Below, one piece after another: positions 7,664 to 16,633 of a stretch of 64,000 bases of DNA (its first letter is position 1; every line of letters starts with the position of its first letter). The stretch is from Gammaproteobacteria bacterium. Lineage in GTDB: Bacteria; Pseudomonadota; Gammaproteobacteria; JAABTG01. A program made the translations under genes and the position numbers. Location: NCBI GenBank assembly GCA_034522055.1, contig JAXHLS010000006.1, forward strand, positions 705,643-769,642, given 5' to 3'. A model generated the notes under the pieces. It worked only from the letters and a program-made list of their open reading frames with translations, ran no database searches and had not been told where the DNA came from.

Positions 7664-8758
7664 ATGTTCGTTCGTTTGTTGCTGGTCCTCGCACTCCTCG
7701 CTGCGATATTCGGAGGCATCTTCGGTTGGAAGCATTACCAGCAGCAGCAGGCTGCGGCCCAGCAACAGGGCCCGCCCCCCGCTACTGTGGCCGTGCACAC
7801 CGTGGGACGCTCCCCATGGCAGCCGGAGCTGAACGCCATCGGCACCCTGGTGTCCGCCAACGGCATCGACGTCACCGCGGAGTTGGCGGGGGTGGTGCGC
7901 GACATCGCCTTCGAATCCGGTGAGGCGGTGGAGGAGGGCGACGTGCTCCTGACCCAGGACGATAGCGTCGAGCGAGCGGAGCTCGAGGGCCTGTTGGCCG
8001 AGCAGCGGCTGTCTCGCATTCGCTACCGGCGCGTCAGCCGTCTGGTGACGGACCAGTCCGTGTCCGAGGCCGATGTGGACGAGGCCAAGGCGGAGCTGGA
8101 CAACACCACCGCCCAGGTGGCGGTCAAGCGCGCCCAGATCGCCAAGAAGCAGGTGCGGGCGCCCTTTTCCGGCCGCCTCGGCATCCGTCTGGTGGATGTG
8201 GGCCAGTTCCTGGAACCGGGGGTCGCCATCGTGCCCTTGGAAGACTTCGACCCGATCTACGTGGACTTCGCCCTGCCCGAGCGGCATCTGGGCCTGGTCG
8301 CGGTGGGCCGGCAAGTGGCGGTGACCGCCGAGGCCCTGGGGGGAGAGCGCTTTGTCGGGCAGATCAGTGCCATCAATCCGGGCGTGGACGTGGCCACCCG
8401 CACCCTGCGGTTGCGAGCCACCGTGGACAACCCCGAGGGACGCCTGCGCTCCGGCATGTTCGTCCAGACTGCCGTGCTGCTGGAGGCGCGGCCGGACGTG
8501 GTCACCATTCCCCGGGGCGCGGTGAGTTACGCCCCCTATGGCGATTCGGTGTTCGTGGTCGAGGAACAGGACAGCCAGCTCACGGCCGAGCGCCGCCAGA
8601 TCACCACGGGGGCGGTGCGGCCCAAGGAGGTGGAGGTGGTGGAGGGCCTGGAGGCCGGAGAGCGCATCGTGGTGGCCGGCCACGTCAAGCTGCGTAACGG
8701 CCAGGCCGTGGAGATAGACAACGAGGTGATGCCGGGCGGGGAGCCCCTGGGCAAATGA
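7664..8758 (+). CDS. RND efflux periplasmic adaptor (membrane fusion protein, HlyD/AcrA family)
   Basis: 364-aa ORF with an N-terminal TM anchor, a coiled-coil segment and a barrel-sandwich hybrid with lipoyl-like motifs. The last 4 bp overlap the downstream RND permease start. Confidence 0.85.
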   Translation: MFVRLLLVLALLAAIFGGIFGWKHYQQQQAAAQQQGPPPATVAVHTVGRSPWQPELNAIGTLVSANGIDVTAELAGVVRDIAFESGEAVEEGDVLLTQDDSVERAELEGLLAEQRLSRIRYRRVSRLVTDQSVSEADVDEAKAELDNTTAQVAVKRAQIAKKQVRAPFSGRLGIRLVDVGQFLEPGVAIVPLEDFDPIYVDFALPERHLGLVAVGRQVAVTAEALGGERFVGQISAINPGVDVATRTLRLRATVDNPEGRLRSGMFVQTAVLLEARPDVVTIPRGAVSYAPYGDSVFVVEEQDSQLTAERRQITTGAVRPKEVEVVEGLEAGERIVVAGHVKLRNGQAVEIDNEVMPGGEPLGK

Positions 8759-11700
8759 GATTCACCGATCTGTTCATCCACCGTCCGGTGCTCGCCAGCG
8801 TCCTGAGCCTGCTCATCCTGGTGCTCGGGCTGCGCTCCCTGACCATGCTGGAGATCCGCCAGTATCCGGAGACCAGCGACACCGTCATCACCGTCACCAC
8901 CGCCTATCCCGGCGCCGACGGCGCCCTGGTCAAGGGCTTCGTGACCACGCCCCTGCAACAGGCCATCGCCGAGGCCGACGGCATCGACTACCTGTCGGCC
9001 ACCAGCGTCCAGGGGCGCTCCACCATCGAGGCCCAGATGCGCCTCAATTACGACCCCAACGCCGCGGTGGCGGAGATCCAGGCCAAGGTGGCGAGCCAGC
9101 TCAACACCCTGCCGGCGGAGGCCGAGGACCCGGTGATCGACGTCTCCACCGGCGATCCGACGGCCCTGATGTACATGGCCTTCTACAGCGAGACCATGAC
9201 CCTGTCCCAGATCACCGATTATCTGTTGCGGGTGGCCCAGCCCAAACTCCAGGCCCTGCAGGGGGTGGCCAAGGCGGAACTCATCGGCAACAAGACCTTC
9301 GCCATGCGGGTGTGGCTGGACCCCGAGCGCATGGCGGCCCTGAATGTCAGCGGCCCCGAGGTGGCCGAGGTGCTGCGCAGCAATAACTTCCTGGCCGCGG
9401 TGGGCAAGGTCAAGGACTACAACGTGGCCATCGACCTGTCGGCTACCACCGACGTGGGCAACGTCGAGGACTTCCAGAACCTGGTGGTGGCCACCCGCGG
9501 CGACACCCTGGTGCGGTTGCGGGACATCGCCGAGGTGGAGCTGGGGGCCGAGGACTACGACACCACCACCATGTACAAGGGCATCCCGGCCATCTTCCTG
9601 GGCATCGAGCAGGCCCCGGGGGCCAATCCCCTGAACGTGGCCGACCGGGTGCGGGGCCTGCTGCCGGACCTCAGGAGCCAGCTCCCCACGGGCCTCGAGG
9701 TGCATATCCCGTACGACGCCAGCGTCTTCATCAGCGACTCCATCAAGGAGGTGTTCAAGACCCTGGGCGAGGCGGTGCTCATCGTGCTGGCGGTGATCTT
9801 CCTGTCCCTCGGCACCGTGCGGGCGGCCATCATCCCGGCGGTGGCGGTGCCCCTGTCCCTCATCGGCGCCGCCTTTCTCATGTTGATGCTGGGGTACTCC
9901 ATCAACCTGCTGACCCTGCTGGCACTGGTGCTCGCCATCGGTCTGGTGGTGGATGATGCCATCGTGGTGGTGGAGAACGTCCATCGCCACATCGAGGAGG
10001 GCCGCAGCGGCTTCGATGCCGCCATCATGGGCGCGCGGGAACTCGCCCTGCCCATCATCGCCATGACCACCACCCTGGTGGCGGTGTACGCGCCCATCGG
10101 CTTCATGGGTGGCCTGGTGGGTACCCTGTTCAGCGAGTTCGCCTTCAGCCTCGCCGGGGCGGTGCTCATCTCCGGCGTGGTGGCCCTGACCCTGTCGCCC
10201 ATGCTGAGCTCCATGACCCTCAAGGCCCACGGCAACGCCGGGCGCTTCGAGAGGTTGGTGGAACGTTTCTTCACCTGGCTGGCGGACCGCTATCAGGGCG
10301 CCCTCCACAGTGCCCTGGAGACCCCGTCGGTGATCCTGCTGTTCGGTGCCGTGGTGCTGGTGAGCATTTATTTCATGTTCGTCACCACCCCCAACGAGCT
10401 GGCCCCCACGGAGGATCAGAGCATCCTGTTCTTCCAGGCCGTGGCGCCCCAGACCGCCACCACCGAGTACAACGCGGTCTATGCCCGGGAGACCCTGAAG
10501 CTCTTCGAGTCCGTGCCCGAGTACCACGAGAGCTTCCTGCTGGTGGGCTTCGGCGGCGATCCCACGGTGACCTTCGGCGGCTTCAAGATGGAGCAGCCCT
10601 CCAAGCGCGAGCGCTCCCAGATGGAGGTGCAGCCGGAGATCCAGGGCAAGCTGCAATCGGTGGCGGGCTTCCAGATGGCGGTGTTCCCACGCCCCAGCCT
10701 GCCGGGAGCGGGACGGGGGCTGCCGTTCCAGTTCGTGCTGGTGTCCGACGCCGACTACGAGGAGTTGCAGGGCTTGGCGGACCAGCTCATCGGCCGCGGC
10801 ATGGGCAGCGGCAACTTCATCTTCCTCAAGAAGAGCATCGAGTTGAGCCGCCCCCGCACCACCCTGGTGGTGGACCGCGACCGCGCCGGGGCCCTGGGCA
10901 TCGATATGGCGCATATAGGGCAGGCCCTGTCCACCATGGTGGGGGATGGCTATATCAACCGCTTCAGCCTGGCGGAGCGCAGCTACAAGGTCATACCCCA
11001 GGTGGCCCGCGAAGAGCGCCTGACCCCCCAGCAGCTGGATGACTACTACGTGCGCTCGGCCGCCGGGGAACTGGTGTCCCTGGGTAACATCGTCTCCCTG
11101 AAGCACACGGTGGAGCCCAGCAAGCGCACCCAGTTCCAGCAGCTCAACTCCATCATCGTGGAGGGCGTGATGGCGCCGGGGGTATCCATGGGCGATGCCC
11201 TTGGCTACCTGGAGGGCGAGGCCCGCCAGATCCTGCCCCCCAATGTGACCTGGGACTACACCGGCCAGTCCCGCCAGTACACCCAGCAGGGCAGCGCCCT
11301 CGTCGTCACCTTCTTCATGTCCCTGCTGGTGATCTACCTGGTGCTCGCCGCCCAGTTCGAGAGCTGGCGTGACCCCTTCATCATCCTGGTGTCGGTGCCC
11401 ATGTCCATTGCGGGGGCCATGGCCTTCCTGACGCTCGGCTTCGCCACCATCAACATCTATACCCAGGTGGGGATGATTACCCTCATCGGCGTCATCGCCA
11501 AGAACGGTATTCTTATCGTGGAGTTCGCCAACCAGTTGCAGTTGAAGGAGAATCTGGACCGGCGTGCGGCGGTGGAGCGGGCCGCGGCCATCCGCTTGCG
11601 TCCCATCCTCATGACCACCGCGGCCCTGGTAATGGCCATGGTGCCCCTGCTGCTGGCCTCGGGCCCGGGGGCGGTGAGTCGCTTTCACATCGGTCTCGTG

Positions 11701-11841
11701 ATTGCCACGGGCCTCAGCATCGGCACCCTGTTCACCCTGTTCGTCGTGCCTGCCGTCTATGTGAAGCTGGCGCGGGTGCGTAACGCCGACGCCGGAGGGG
11801 ACGAGTCCGTGGCAGACGCCGCACCCCAGGAGGCCCGTTGA
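8755..11841 (+). CDS. RND efflux transporter permease (AcrB/HAE1 family)
   Basis: 1028-aa ORF with 12-TM plus two large periplasmic loops. Conserved RND motifs include LVVDDAIVVVENV. Confidence 0.9.
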   Translation: MRFTDLFIHRPVLASVLSLLILVLGLRSLTMLEIRQYPETSDTVITVTTAYPGADGALVKGFVTTPLQQAIAEADGIDYLSATSVQGRSTIEAQMRLNYDPNAAVAEIQAKVASQLNTLPAEAEDPVIDVSTGDPTALMYMAFYSETMTLSQITDYLLRVAQPKLQALQGVAKAELIGNKTFAMRVWLDPERMAALNVSGPEVAEVLRSNNFLAAVGKVKDYNVAIDLSATTDVGNVEDFQNLVVATRGDTLVRLRDIAEVELGAEDYDTTTMYKGIPAIFLGIEQAPGANPLNVADRVRGLLPDLRSQLPTGLEVHIPYDASVFISDSIKEVFKTLGEAVLIVLAVIFLSLGTVRAAIIPAVAVPLSLIGAAFLMLMLGYSINLLTLLALVLAIGLVVDDAIVVVENVHRHIEEGRSGFDAAIMGARELALPIIAMTTTLVAVYAPIGFMGGLVGTLFSEFAFSLAGAVLISGVVALTLSPMLSSMTLKAHGNAGRFERLVERFFTWLADRYQGALHSALETPSVILLFGAVVLVSIYFMFVTTPNELAPTEDQSILFFQAVAPQTATTEYNAVYARETLKLFESVPEYHESFLLVGFGGDPTVTFGGFKMEQPSKRERSQMEVQPEIQGKLQSVAGFQMAVFPRPSLPGAGRGLPFQFVLVSDADYEELQGLADQLIGRGMGSGNFIFLKKSIELSRPRTTLVVDRDRAGALGIDMAHIGQALSTMVGDGYINRFSLAERSYKVIPQVAREERLTPQQLDDYYVRSAAGELVSLGNIVSLKHTVEPSKRTQFQQLNSIIVEGVMAPGVSMGDALGYLEGEARQILPPNVTWDYTGQSRQYTQQGSALVVTFFMSLLVIYLVLAAQFESWRDPFIILVSVPMSIAGAMAFLTLGFATINIYTQVGMITLIGVIAKNGILIVEFANQLQLKENLDRRAAVERAAAIRLRPILMTTAALVMAMVPLLLASGPGAVSRFHIGLVIATGLSIGTLFTLFVVPAVYVKLARVRNADAGGDESVADAAPQEAR

Positions 11842-12677
11842 TGCCCATGGCACTCAAGTCTGTGCTGCTGGCCCTTGGGGTGCTGCTGCTCGGTGGATGC
11901 GTGGATGTAGACACCCTGATCCAGGTGCGGACCGACGGCTCCGGCACCGTGACCCAGAAAGTCATGGTGAGCGAGCGCCTCGTCGCGCCCCTGCGGGCCC
12001 TCACCGAGGGGCTGGGGGGCGATGGAAAACGGCGTAGTCTCGTGATGCCCGATGAGGAGGATATGGCGGCGCGGGCCGAGGCCATGGGCCCGGGGGTGCG
12101 GCTGGTGGACATGCAGGAGCGGCGCCGGGACGATGCCGAAGGCTACGTGGCCCGTTACGCCTTCGATGATGTGAGGGCCCTGCGCATCAACCAGAATCCC
12201 GGCAATCTGGCTCCCGGAGCCGGCGCCGGCACGCGAAGGCTGAGCGGCGCCGAGCACATCACCTTCGACTTCTCGCCGGGCCCGCCGGCGGAGTTGACGG
12301 TGATGTTCCCGGATCGCGGCGGCAGGGAAGTCGAGCCCCGGCCGCCCGAAGACAGGCCCGGTGGCCCCGGTCCCGAGGCCCTGCGGGCCGAGTTAGGGGA
12401 GCTGTTCAAGGGGCTGCGGGTGGCCATGGCGGTGCAGGTGGAGGGCACGGTACTGGAGACCGACGCCACCCACCGGGACGGCCCCCGCATCACCCTCATG
12501 GCCATCGACTTCGAGGAACTGCTGGCGGCCCCCGAGTATCTCGATGAGCTGGCGGAACGCCGGCCCCGTTCCCTGGAAGAGGCCAAGGAGCTGCTGCGGG
12601 ACTTCCCGGGCATCAAGTTGGAGCTGGCACCCGCCATTCACATCCGTTTCGTGGACTACGGCCTGCGGGCCATCTGA
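11838..12677 (+). CDS. Lipoprotein of unknown function, translationally coupled to the RND permease
   Basis: 279-aa ORF. The ATGA overlap with the permease stop indicates translational coupling. Lipobox LLLGGC after a hydrophobic leader. No similarity to TolC/OprM-type outer-membrane factors is evident. Confidence 0.55.
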   Translation: MMPMALKSVLLALGVLLLGGCVDVDTLIQVRTDGSGTVTQKVMVSERLVAPLRALTEGLGGDGKRRSLVMPDEEDMAARAEAMGPGVRLVDMQERRRDDAEGYVARYAFDDVRALRINQNPGNLAPGAGAGTRRLSGAEHITFDFSPGPPAELTVMFPDRGGREVEPRPPEDRPGGPGPEALRAELGELFKGLRVAMAVQVEGTVLETDATHRDGPRITLMAIDFEELLAAPEYLDELAERRPRSLEEAKELLRDFPGIKLELAPAIHIRFVDYGLRAI

Positions 12678-12825
12678 GGCCCTTTAACGTGAAAGTCGCG
12701 AAGCACGAACTCCCCCTCTCCCTCTGGGACAAATCCGTCGGGAACGGATTTGAACGCGCCTTGGCGCGGCCCGCAGGGCGAAGGGCAGGATGCCCGGAGT
12801 ACAGGGATGGGGTGAGGGAACGAAC

Positions 12826-12872
12826 ATGGCGATACGCGCTCCTCTTTCATCATCTCGGGCGGCGCGTATCGC
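12826..12872. terminator. 12-bp perfect inverted repeat GGCGATACGCGC ... GCGCGTATCGCC (22-nt loop) between convergent genes
   Basis: Read directly. Located between the lipoprotein stop (12677) and the stop of the minus-strand gene at 12895. Confidence 0.3.
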
Positions 12873-12894
12873 CATGAGAGTCAACGGGGCGAGC

Positions 12895-13809
12895 TCACTT
12901 CGAGCCGCGCCGGCGGTTGCCCCGGCGCGGGCGCCCCTTGATGCGGTCCAGCAGGGGGATGCGGTAGGGCTCCATGGCGCCGAGGAAGGCGGGGAAGTCG
13001 AGCCCCAGTTGTTCCTTTAGGCCGGCGGCCCGCCGGGCGGCTTCGGGGGCCGTGGGATCCAGGGTGGCCCGGGTGGTGGCGATGACGATCTCGTTGCCCT
13101 TATCGCGTACCGGCAGGCGCAGCACATCGCCGCCGAAGGTTTCCCGTATGGCCCTGAGGCTGCCCCGCAGGAGGGGGCGTTGCAGTTGTGACAGATTGCC
13201 CGCCAGGATGCCGTGCGCGGACATGCGGCCAACCAAATGGCCGAGGAAGGTCCGGTCCTCCACCAGGGGGACGATGCCCCGGTCGTCGTAGATATCCATC
13301 AATACCAGGTCGTAGTCTCCGTAGCCGGCCTCGGCGTCGGCGAGGAAGCGTGCACAGTCGTCGTGGTGCACGGTGATGCGGGGCGAGTCGGGCAGGCCGA
13401 AGAAACGCCGGGCGGCCACGATGACATCGTCCCGCAGTTCCACCACGTCCATGATGACCGCAGGGAACCGATGAGCGAAGAAGCGGGGCAGGGAGGCGCC
13501 CCCCAGGCCCAGCAGCAGCACCCGGCGTGGTTGGGGGTCGAAGAGCAGGGTCGCCAGCATGTACTGAGTATAGGGCAGCACCAGCACCGCGGGGTGGGCA
13601 TGCAGCATGCTGCTCTGGCGCGTGGGATCGCCGAAGTGCAGGGAACGAATGAGCTGCTCGTCCACGATCTCCAGGAGACCGTGGGGACCATCAGTCCTGA
13701 AGACCACCTCGCCGCCGTATTTCATCATGGCCCGGCTACCATCCCGTACCGCCCTGGAGAGGGCAGGGTGATCCCGGTATAGTCCCGTCCCCTCATCCAC
13801 ACCGCCCAT
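12895..13809 (-). CDS. Spermidine/spermine synthase-like class I SAM-dependent aminopropyl-/methyltransferase
   Basis: 304-aa ORF. It carries VLLLGLGGASLPRFF (the GxGxG SAM/dcSAM pocket) and DLVLMDIYDD motifs typical of the spermidine synthase fold. An alternative start at the internal MMKYGG would put the start at 13728. Confidence 0.6.
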   Translation of the reverse strand: MGGVDEGTGLYRDHPALSRAVRDGSRAMMKYGGEVVFRTDGPHGLLEIVDEQLIRSLHFGDPTRQSSMLHAHPAVLVLPYTQYMLATLLFDPQPRRVLLLGLGGASLPRFFAHRFPAVIMDVVELRDDVIVAARRFFGLPDSPRITVHHDDCARFLADAEAGYGDYDLVLMDIYDDRGIVPLVEDRTFLGHLVGRMSAHGILAGNLSQLQRPLLRGSLRAIRETFGGDVLRLPVRDKGNEIVIATTRATLDPTAPEAARRAAGLKEQLGLDFPAFLGAMEPYRIPLLDRIKGRPRRGNRRRGSK

Positions 13810-13824
13810 GGGTACTCAGACATC

Positions 13825-14736
13825 GTGGTTCCCGCCCTCAAACTCGCCGGACTGAAGAAGATCTACCGCAACCGCGTGGAGGCGGTGCGGGGTATCGATC
13901 TGGAAGTGGCCGAGGGCGACTTCTTCGCCCTGTTGGGCCCCAACGGGGCGGGCAAGTCCACGGCCATCGGCATCATCTGCTCCCTGGTCAACAGGACATC
14001 GGGTACGGTGGAGGTCTTCGGTCACGATATCGAGAAGGAATGGGCGGCGGCGCGGGCCTGCATCGGGCTGGTGCCCCAGGAGTTCAATTTTAATGTGTGG
14101 GAGCCGGTAGAGGAAATCCTCATCAATCAGGCGGGCTACTACGGTATCCCCCGGCGCGAGGCGCGGGCACGAGCGGAGGAGGCCCTGGTGGAACTCGGCC
14201 TGTGGGACAAGCGGCGCGCGGTGGCGCGCACCCTGTCCGGTGGCATGAAGCGCCGGCTCATGATCGCGCGGTCCCTGGTCCATCGACCGCGGCTGCTCAT
14301 CCTCGACGAGCCCACCGCCGGCGTGGATATCGAGATCCGGCGATCCATGTGGCGCTTCATGCGCGAGACTAATCGCCAGGGCGCCACCATCATCCTCACC
14401 ACCCACTATCTGGAAGAGGCGGAGAACCTGTGCCGGCGCGTCGCCATCATCGACAACGGCGTGATCATCGAGCACGGTGACATGGCGACCCTGCTGCGCA
14501 AGCTGCACCGGGAGACCTTCGTCCTCAGCGTGGATCAGGCCCTGGGCATGGCTCCTGAGCTGGAGGGCTATGCCACGCGCCTGGTGGATACCCACACCCT
14601 GGAGGTGGACGTGGAAAACGAACGCGATATCAACGGTGTGTTCCGCGGCCTGGACGCCATGGGGATCCGGGTGCAGACCCTGCGCAACAAGGCCAACCGC
14701 CTGGAAGAGCTGTTCATGGGGCTGGTGGGAAAATAG
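13825..14736 (+). CDS. ABC transporter ATP-binding protein (ABC-2 type exporter ATPase)
   Basis: Walker A GPNGAGKST, ABC signature LSGGMKRR, Walker B LLILDEPTAGVD. Confidence 0.85.
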   Translation: MVPALKLAGLKKIYRNRVEAVRGIDLEVAEGDFFALLGPNGAGKSTAIGIICSLVNRTSGTVEVFGHDIEKEWAAARACIGLVPQEFNFNVWEPVEEILINQAGYYGIPRREARARAEEALVELGLWDKRRAVARTLSGGMKRRLMIARSLVHRPRLLILDEPTAGVDIEIRRSMWRFMRETNRQGATIILTTHYLEEAENLCRRVAIIDNGVIIEHGDMATLLRKLHRETFVLSVDQALGMAPELEGYATRLVDTHTLEVDVENERDINGVFRGLDAMGIRVQTLRNKANRLEELFMGLVGK

Positions 14737-14738
14737 CC

Positions 14739-15533
14739 ATGGCGCACCGGCGTTCACTCCTGCCCATGGATACCGAAGTGGTCGCCTTCAGGACCATCTT
14801 CATCAAGGAGATCGTCCGCTTCATGCGCATCTGGATCCAGACCCTGGTGCCCCCGGCCATCACCATGGGCCTGTATTTCATCATCTTCGGCGAGTTGCTG
14901 GGCAAGAACCTGCCTCCGGTGAACGGGATCTCCTTCATGGACTACATCGTCCCCGGCATCATCCTCATGGCGGTGATCACCAACGCCTACGGCAACGTGG
15001 TGGCCTCCTTCTTCAGCACCAAGCACCAGCATTACGTGGAAGAGATGATCATCGCCCCCATCCGGCCGTGGATCATCGTCGCCGGCTACGTGAGCGGCGG
15101 CATCGCGCGGGGCATCGTCGTGGCCTTCATCGTCGGCGCGGTAGCCATGGCCTTCACCGAGGTGCGGGTGGAGCAACCCTGGCTGGCCGCCCTGGTGCTG
15201 CTGCTCACCGCCAGCCTGTTCTCCCTCGGCGGGTTTATCAACGCGGTGTTCTCCAAGACCTTCGACGACATCTCCATCATCCCCACCTTCGTCCTCACAC
15301 CCCTGACCTACCTGGGGGGCGTGTTCTACTCGGTGGAGATCCTGCCGGCGTTGTGGCGGGACGTGTCCGCCCTGAACCCCATCCTCTATATGGTGAACGC
15401 CTTCCGTTACGCGCTGTTGGGTACGAGCGACGTGGATGTGGGTTTTTCCCTGGCCGTCATCATCGCCTTCAACGGGGTGTTCGCCTTCATCGCGGTGTGG
15501 CTGTTGCGCAGGGGGGTGGGCATCAAGGCCTGA
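14739..15533 (+). CDS. ABC-2 family transporter permease
   Basis: 264-aa, six-TM ORF directly downstream of the ATPase. YadH-like. Confidence 0.8.
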   Translation: MAHRRSLLPMDTEVVAFRTIFIKEIVRFMRIWIQTLVPPAITMGLYFIIFGELLGKNLPPVNGISFMDYIVPGIILMAVITNAYGNVVASFFSTKHQHYVEEMIIAPIRPWIIVAGYVSGGIARGIVVAFIVGAVAMAFTEVRVEQPWLAALVLLLTASLFSLGGFINAVFSKTFDDISIIPTFVLTPLTYLGGVFYSVEILPALWRDVSALNPILYMVNAFRYALLGTSDVDVGFSLAVIIAFNGVFAFIAVWLLRRGVGIKA

Positions 15534-15540
15534 AGCGGGC

Positions 15541-15915
15541 TCAGGATCCGGCCCGTTTGCCATGGGCGGCGAAGGCGAAGACGATCCAGCCGGCCAGGAA
15601 GGCGACACCGCCCACCGGCGTCACCATGCCCAGTTGGCGCACGCCCGAAACGGCCAGCACATAGAGACTGCCGGAGAACACCACGATGCCGGCGAGGAAC
15701 AAGGCCCCTGCCCAGCGTGCCGCACTCGAGGGGGTGTGGCGCTGGAGCAGACCCACGGCCACCAGGCCGAGGCTGTGGAACATGTGGTAATCGACGGCGG
15801 TGTGGTAGACCTCCAGCAGATCCGCGTCGATGCGTTGGGACAAGCCGTGGGCGCCGAAGGCGCCCAGGGCCACGGCCAGGAAGGCGCAGATGGCGCCGGC
15901 CAGCAGATGGTTCAT
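15541..15915 (-). CDS. DUF423 (YgdD/TMEM256-like) small membrane protein
   Basis: Start taken at MNHLLAGAICAFLAVALGAFGAHGL. Four hydrophobic helices characteristic of DUF423. Confidence 0.65.
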   Translation of the reverse strand: MNHLLAGAICAFLAVALGAFGAHGLSQRIDADLLEVYHTAVDYHMFHSLGLVAVGLLQRHTPSSAARWAGALFLAGIVVFSGSLYVLAVSGVRQLGMVTPVGGVAFLAGWIVFAFAAHGKRAGS

Positions 15916-15926
15916 GGCCGGCGCCT

Positions 15927-16508
15927 TCAGGCGGCGTGGTATTCCGGCTCGTTGCCGGCCCGCCACTTGATGTTGCAGCCCATGCTGGGGATCTGTCCTT
16001 CGGGTACCGGCCGGCCCGCCAATACGGCGTCGGCGGCGGCCCGCAGGTCGGCCCCGGTCACGGGACGGCCGTTGCCGGGGCGACTGTCGTCGAACTGGCC
16101 GCGGTACACCAGGCGGTGATCGCCGTCGAACAGGAAGAAGTCGGGGGTGCAGGCGGCGTGATAGGCCTGAGCCACGGCCTGGGTCTCGTCATAGAGATAG
16201 GGAAAGGTGTAGCCGGCGGCGGCGGCCTCTTCCGCCATTTTCTCTGGACTGTCGTCCGGGTGAGTGGTGATATCATTGGCGGAGATGGCCACGATGCCCA
16301 GGCCTTTCTCCTGATATTCCCGGCCGAAAGCCGCGAGCCCGTCCCGCAGATGCTTCACGTAGGGGCAGTGGTTGCAGATGAACATCACCAGCAGCGCCGG
16401 ACGATCCGCGAAGTCGGCCAAGGATACGGTATCGCCCCTGGTGTCGGGCAGCTTGAAATCCGGGGCGGGAGTGCCCAATTCCAGCATTGTGGAATACGTA
16501 CGTGCCAT
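15927..16508 (-). CDS. Thioredoxin-fold (redoxin/thiol-disulfide oxidoreductase-like) protein
   Basis: 193 aa. CNHCPY motif (thioredoxin-fold CxxC). Confidence 0.7.
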   Translation of the reverse strand: MARTYSTMLELGTPAPDFKLPDTRGDTVSLADFADRPALLVMFICNHCPYVKHLRDGLAAFGREYQEKGLGIVAISANDITTHPDDSPEKMAEEAAAAGYTFPYLYDETQAVAQAYHAACTPDFFLFDGDHRLVYRGQFDDSRPGNGRPVTGADLRAAADAVLAGRPVPEGQIPSMGCNIKWRAGNEPEYHAA

Positions 16509-16633
16509 GTCGTTCTCCGGTATTGGATAATGACGCTATTCTAATGGCAGCGAGCGGGGCGCGAAAGAAAGGGCCCCGGAGAATGAGTCACACTGACGCT
16601 GCCACCCCATGAACCCAATCCGATGGACTTTCT

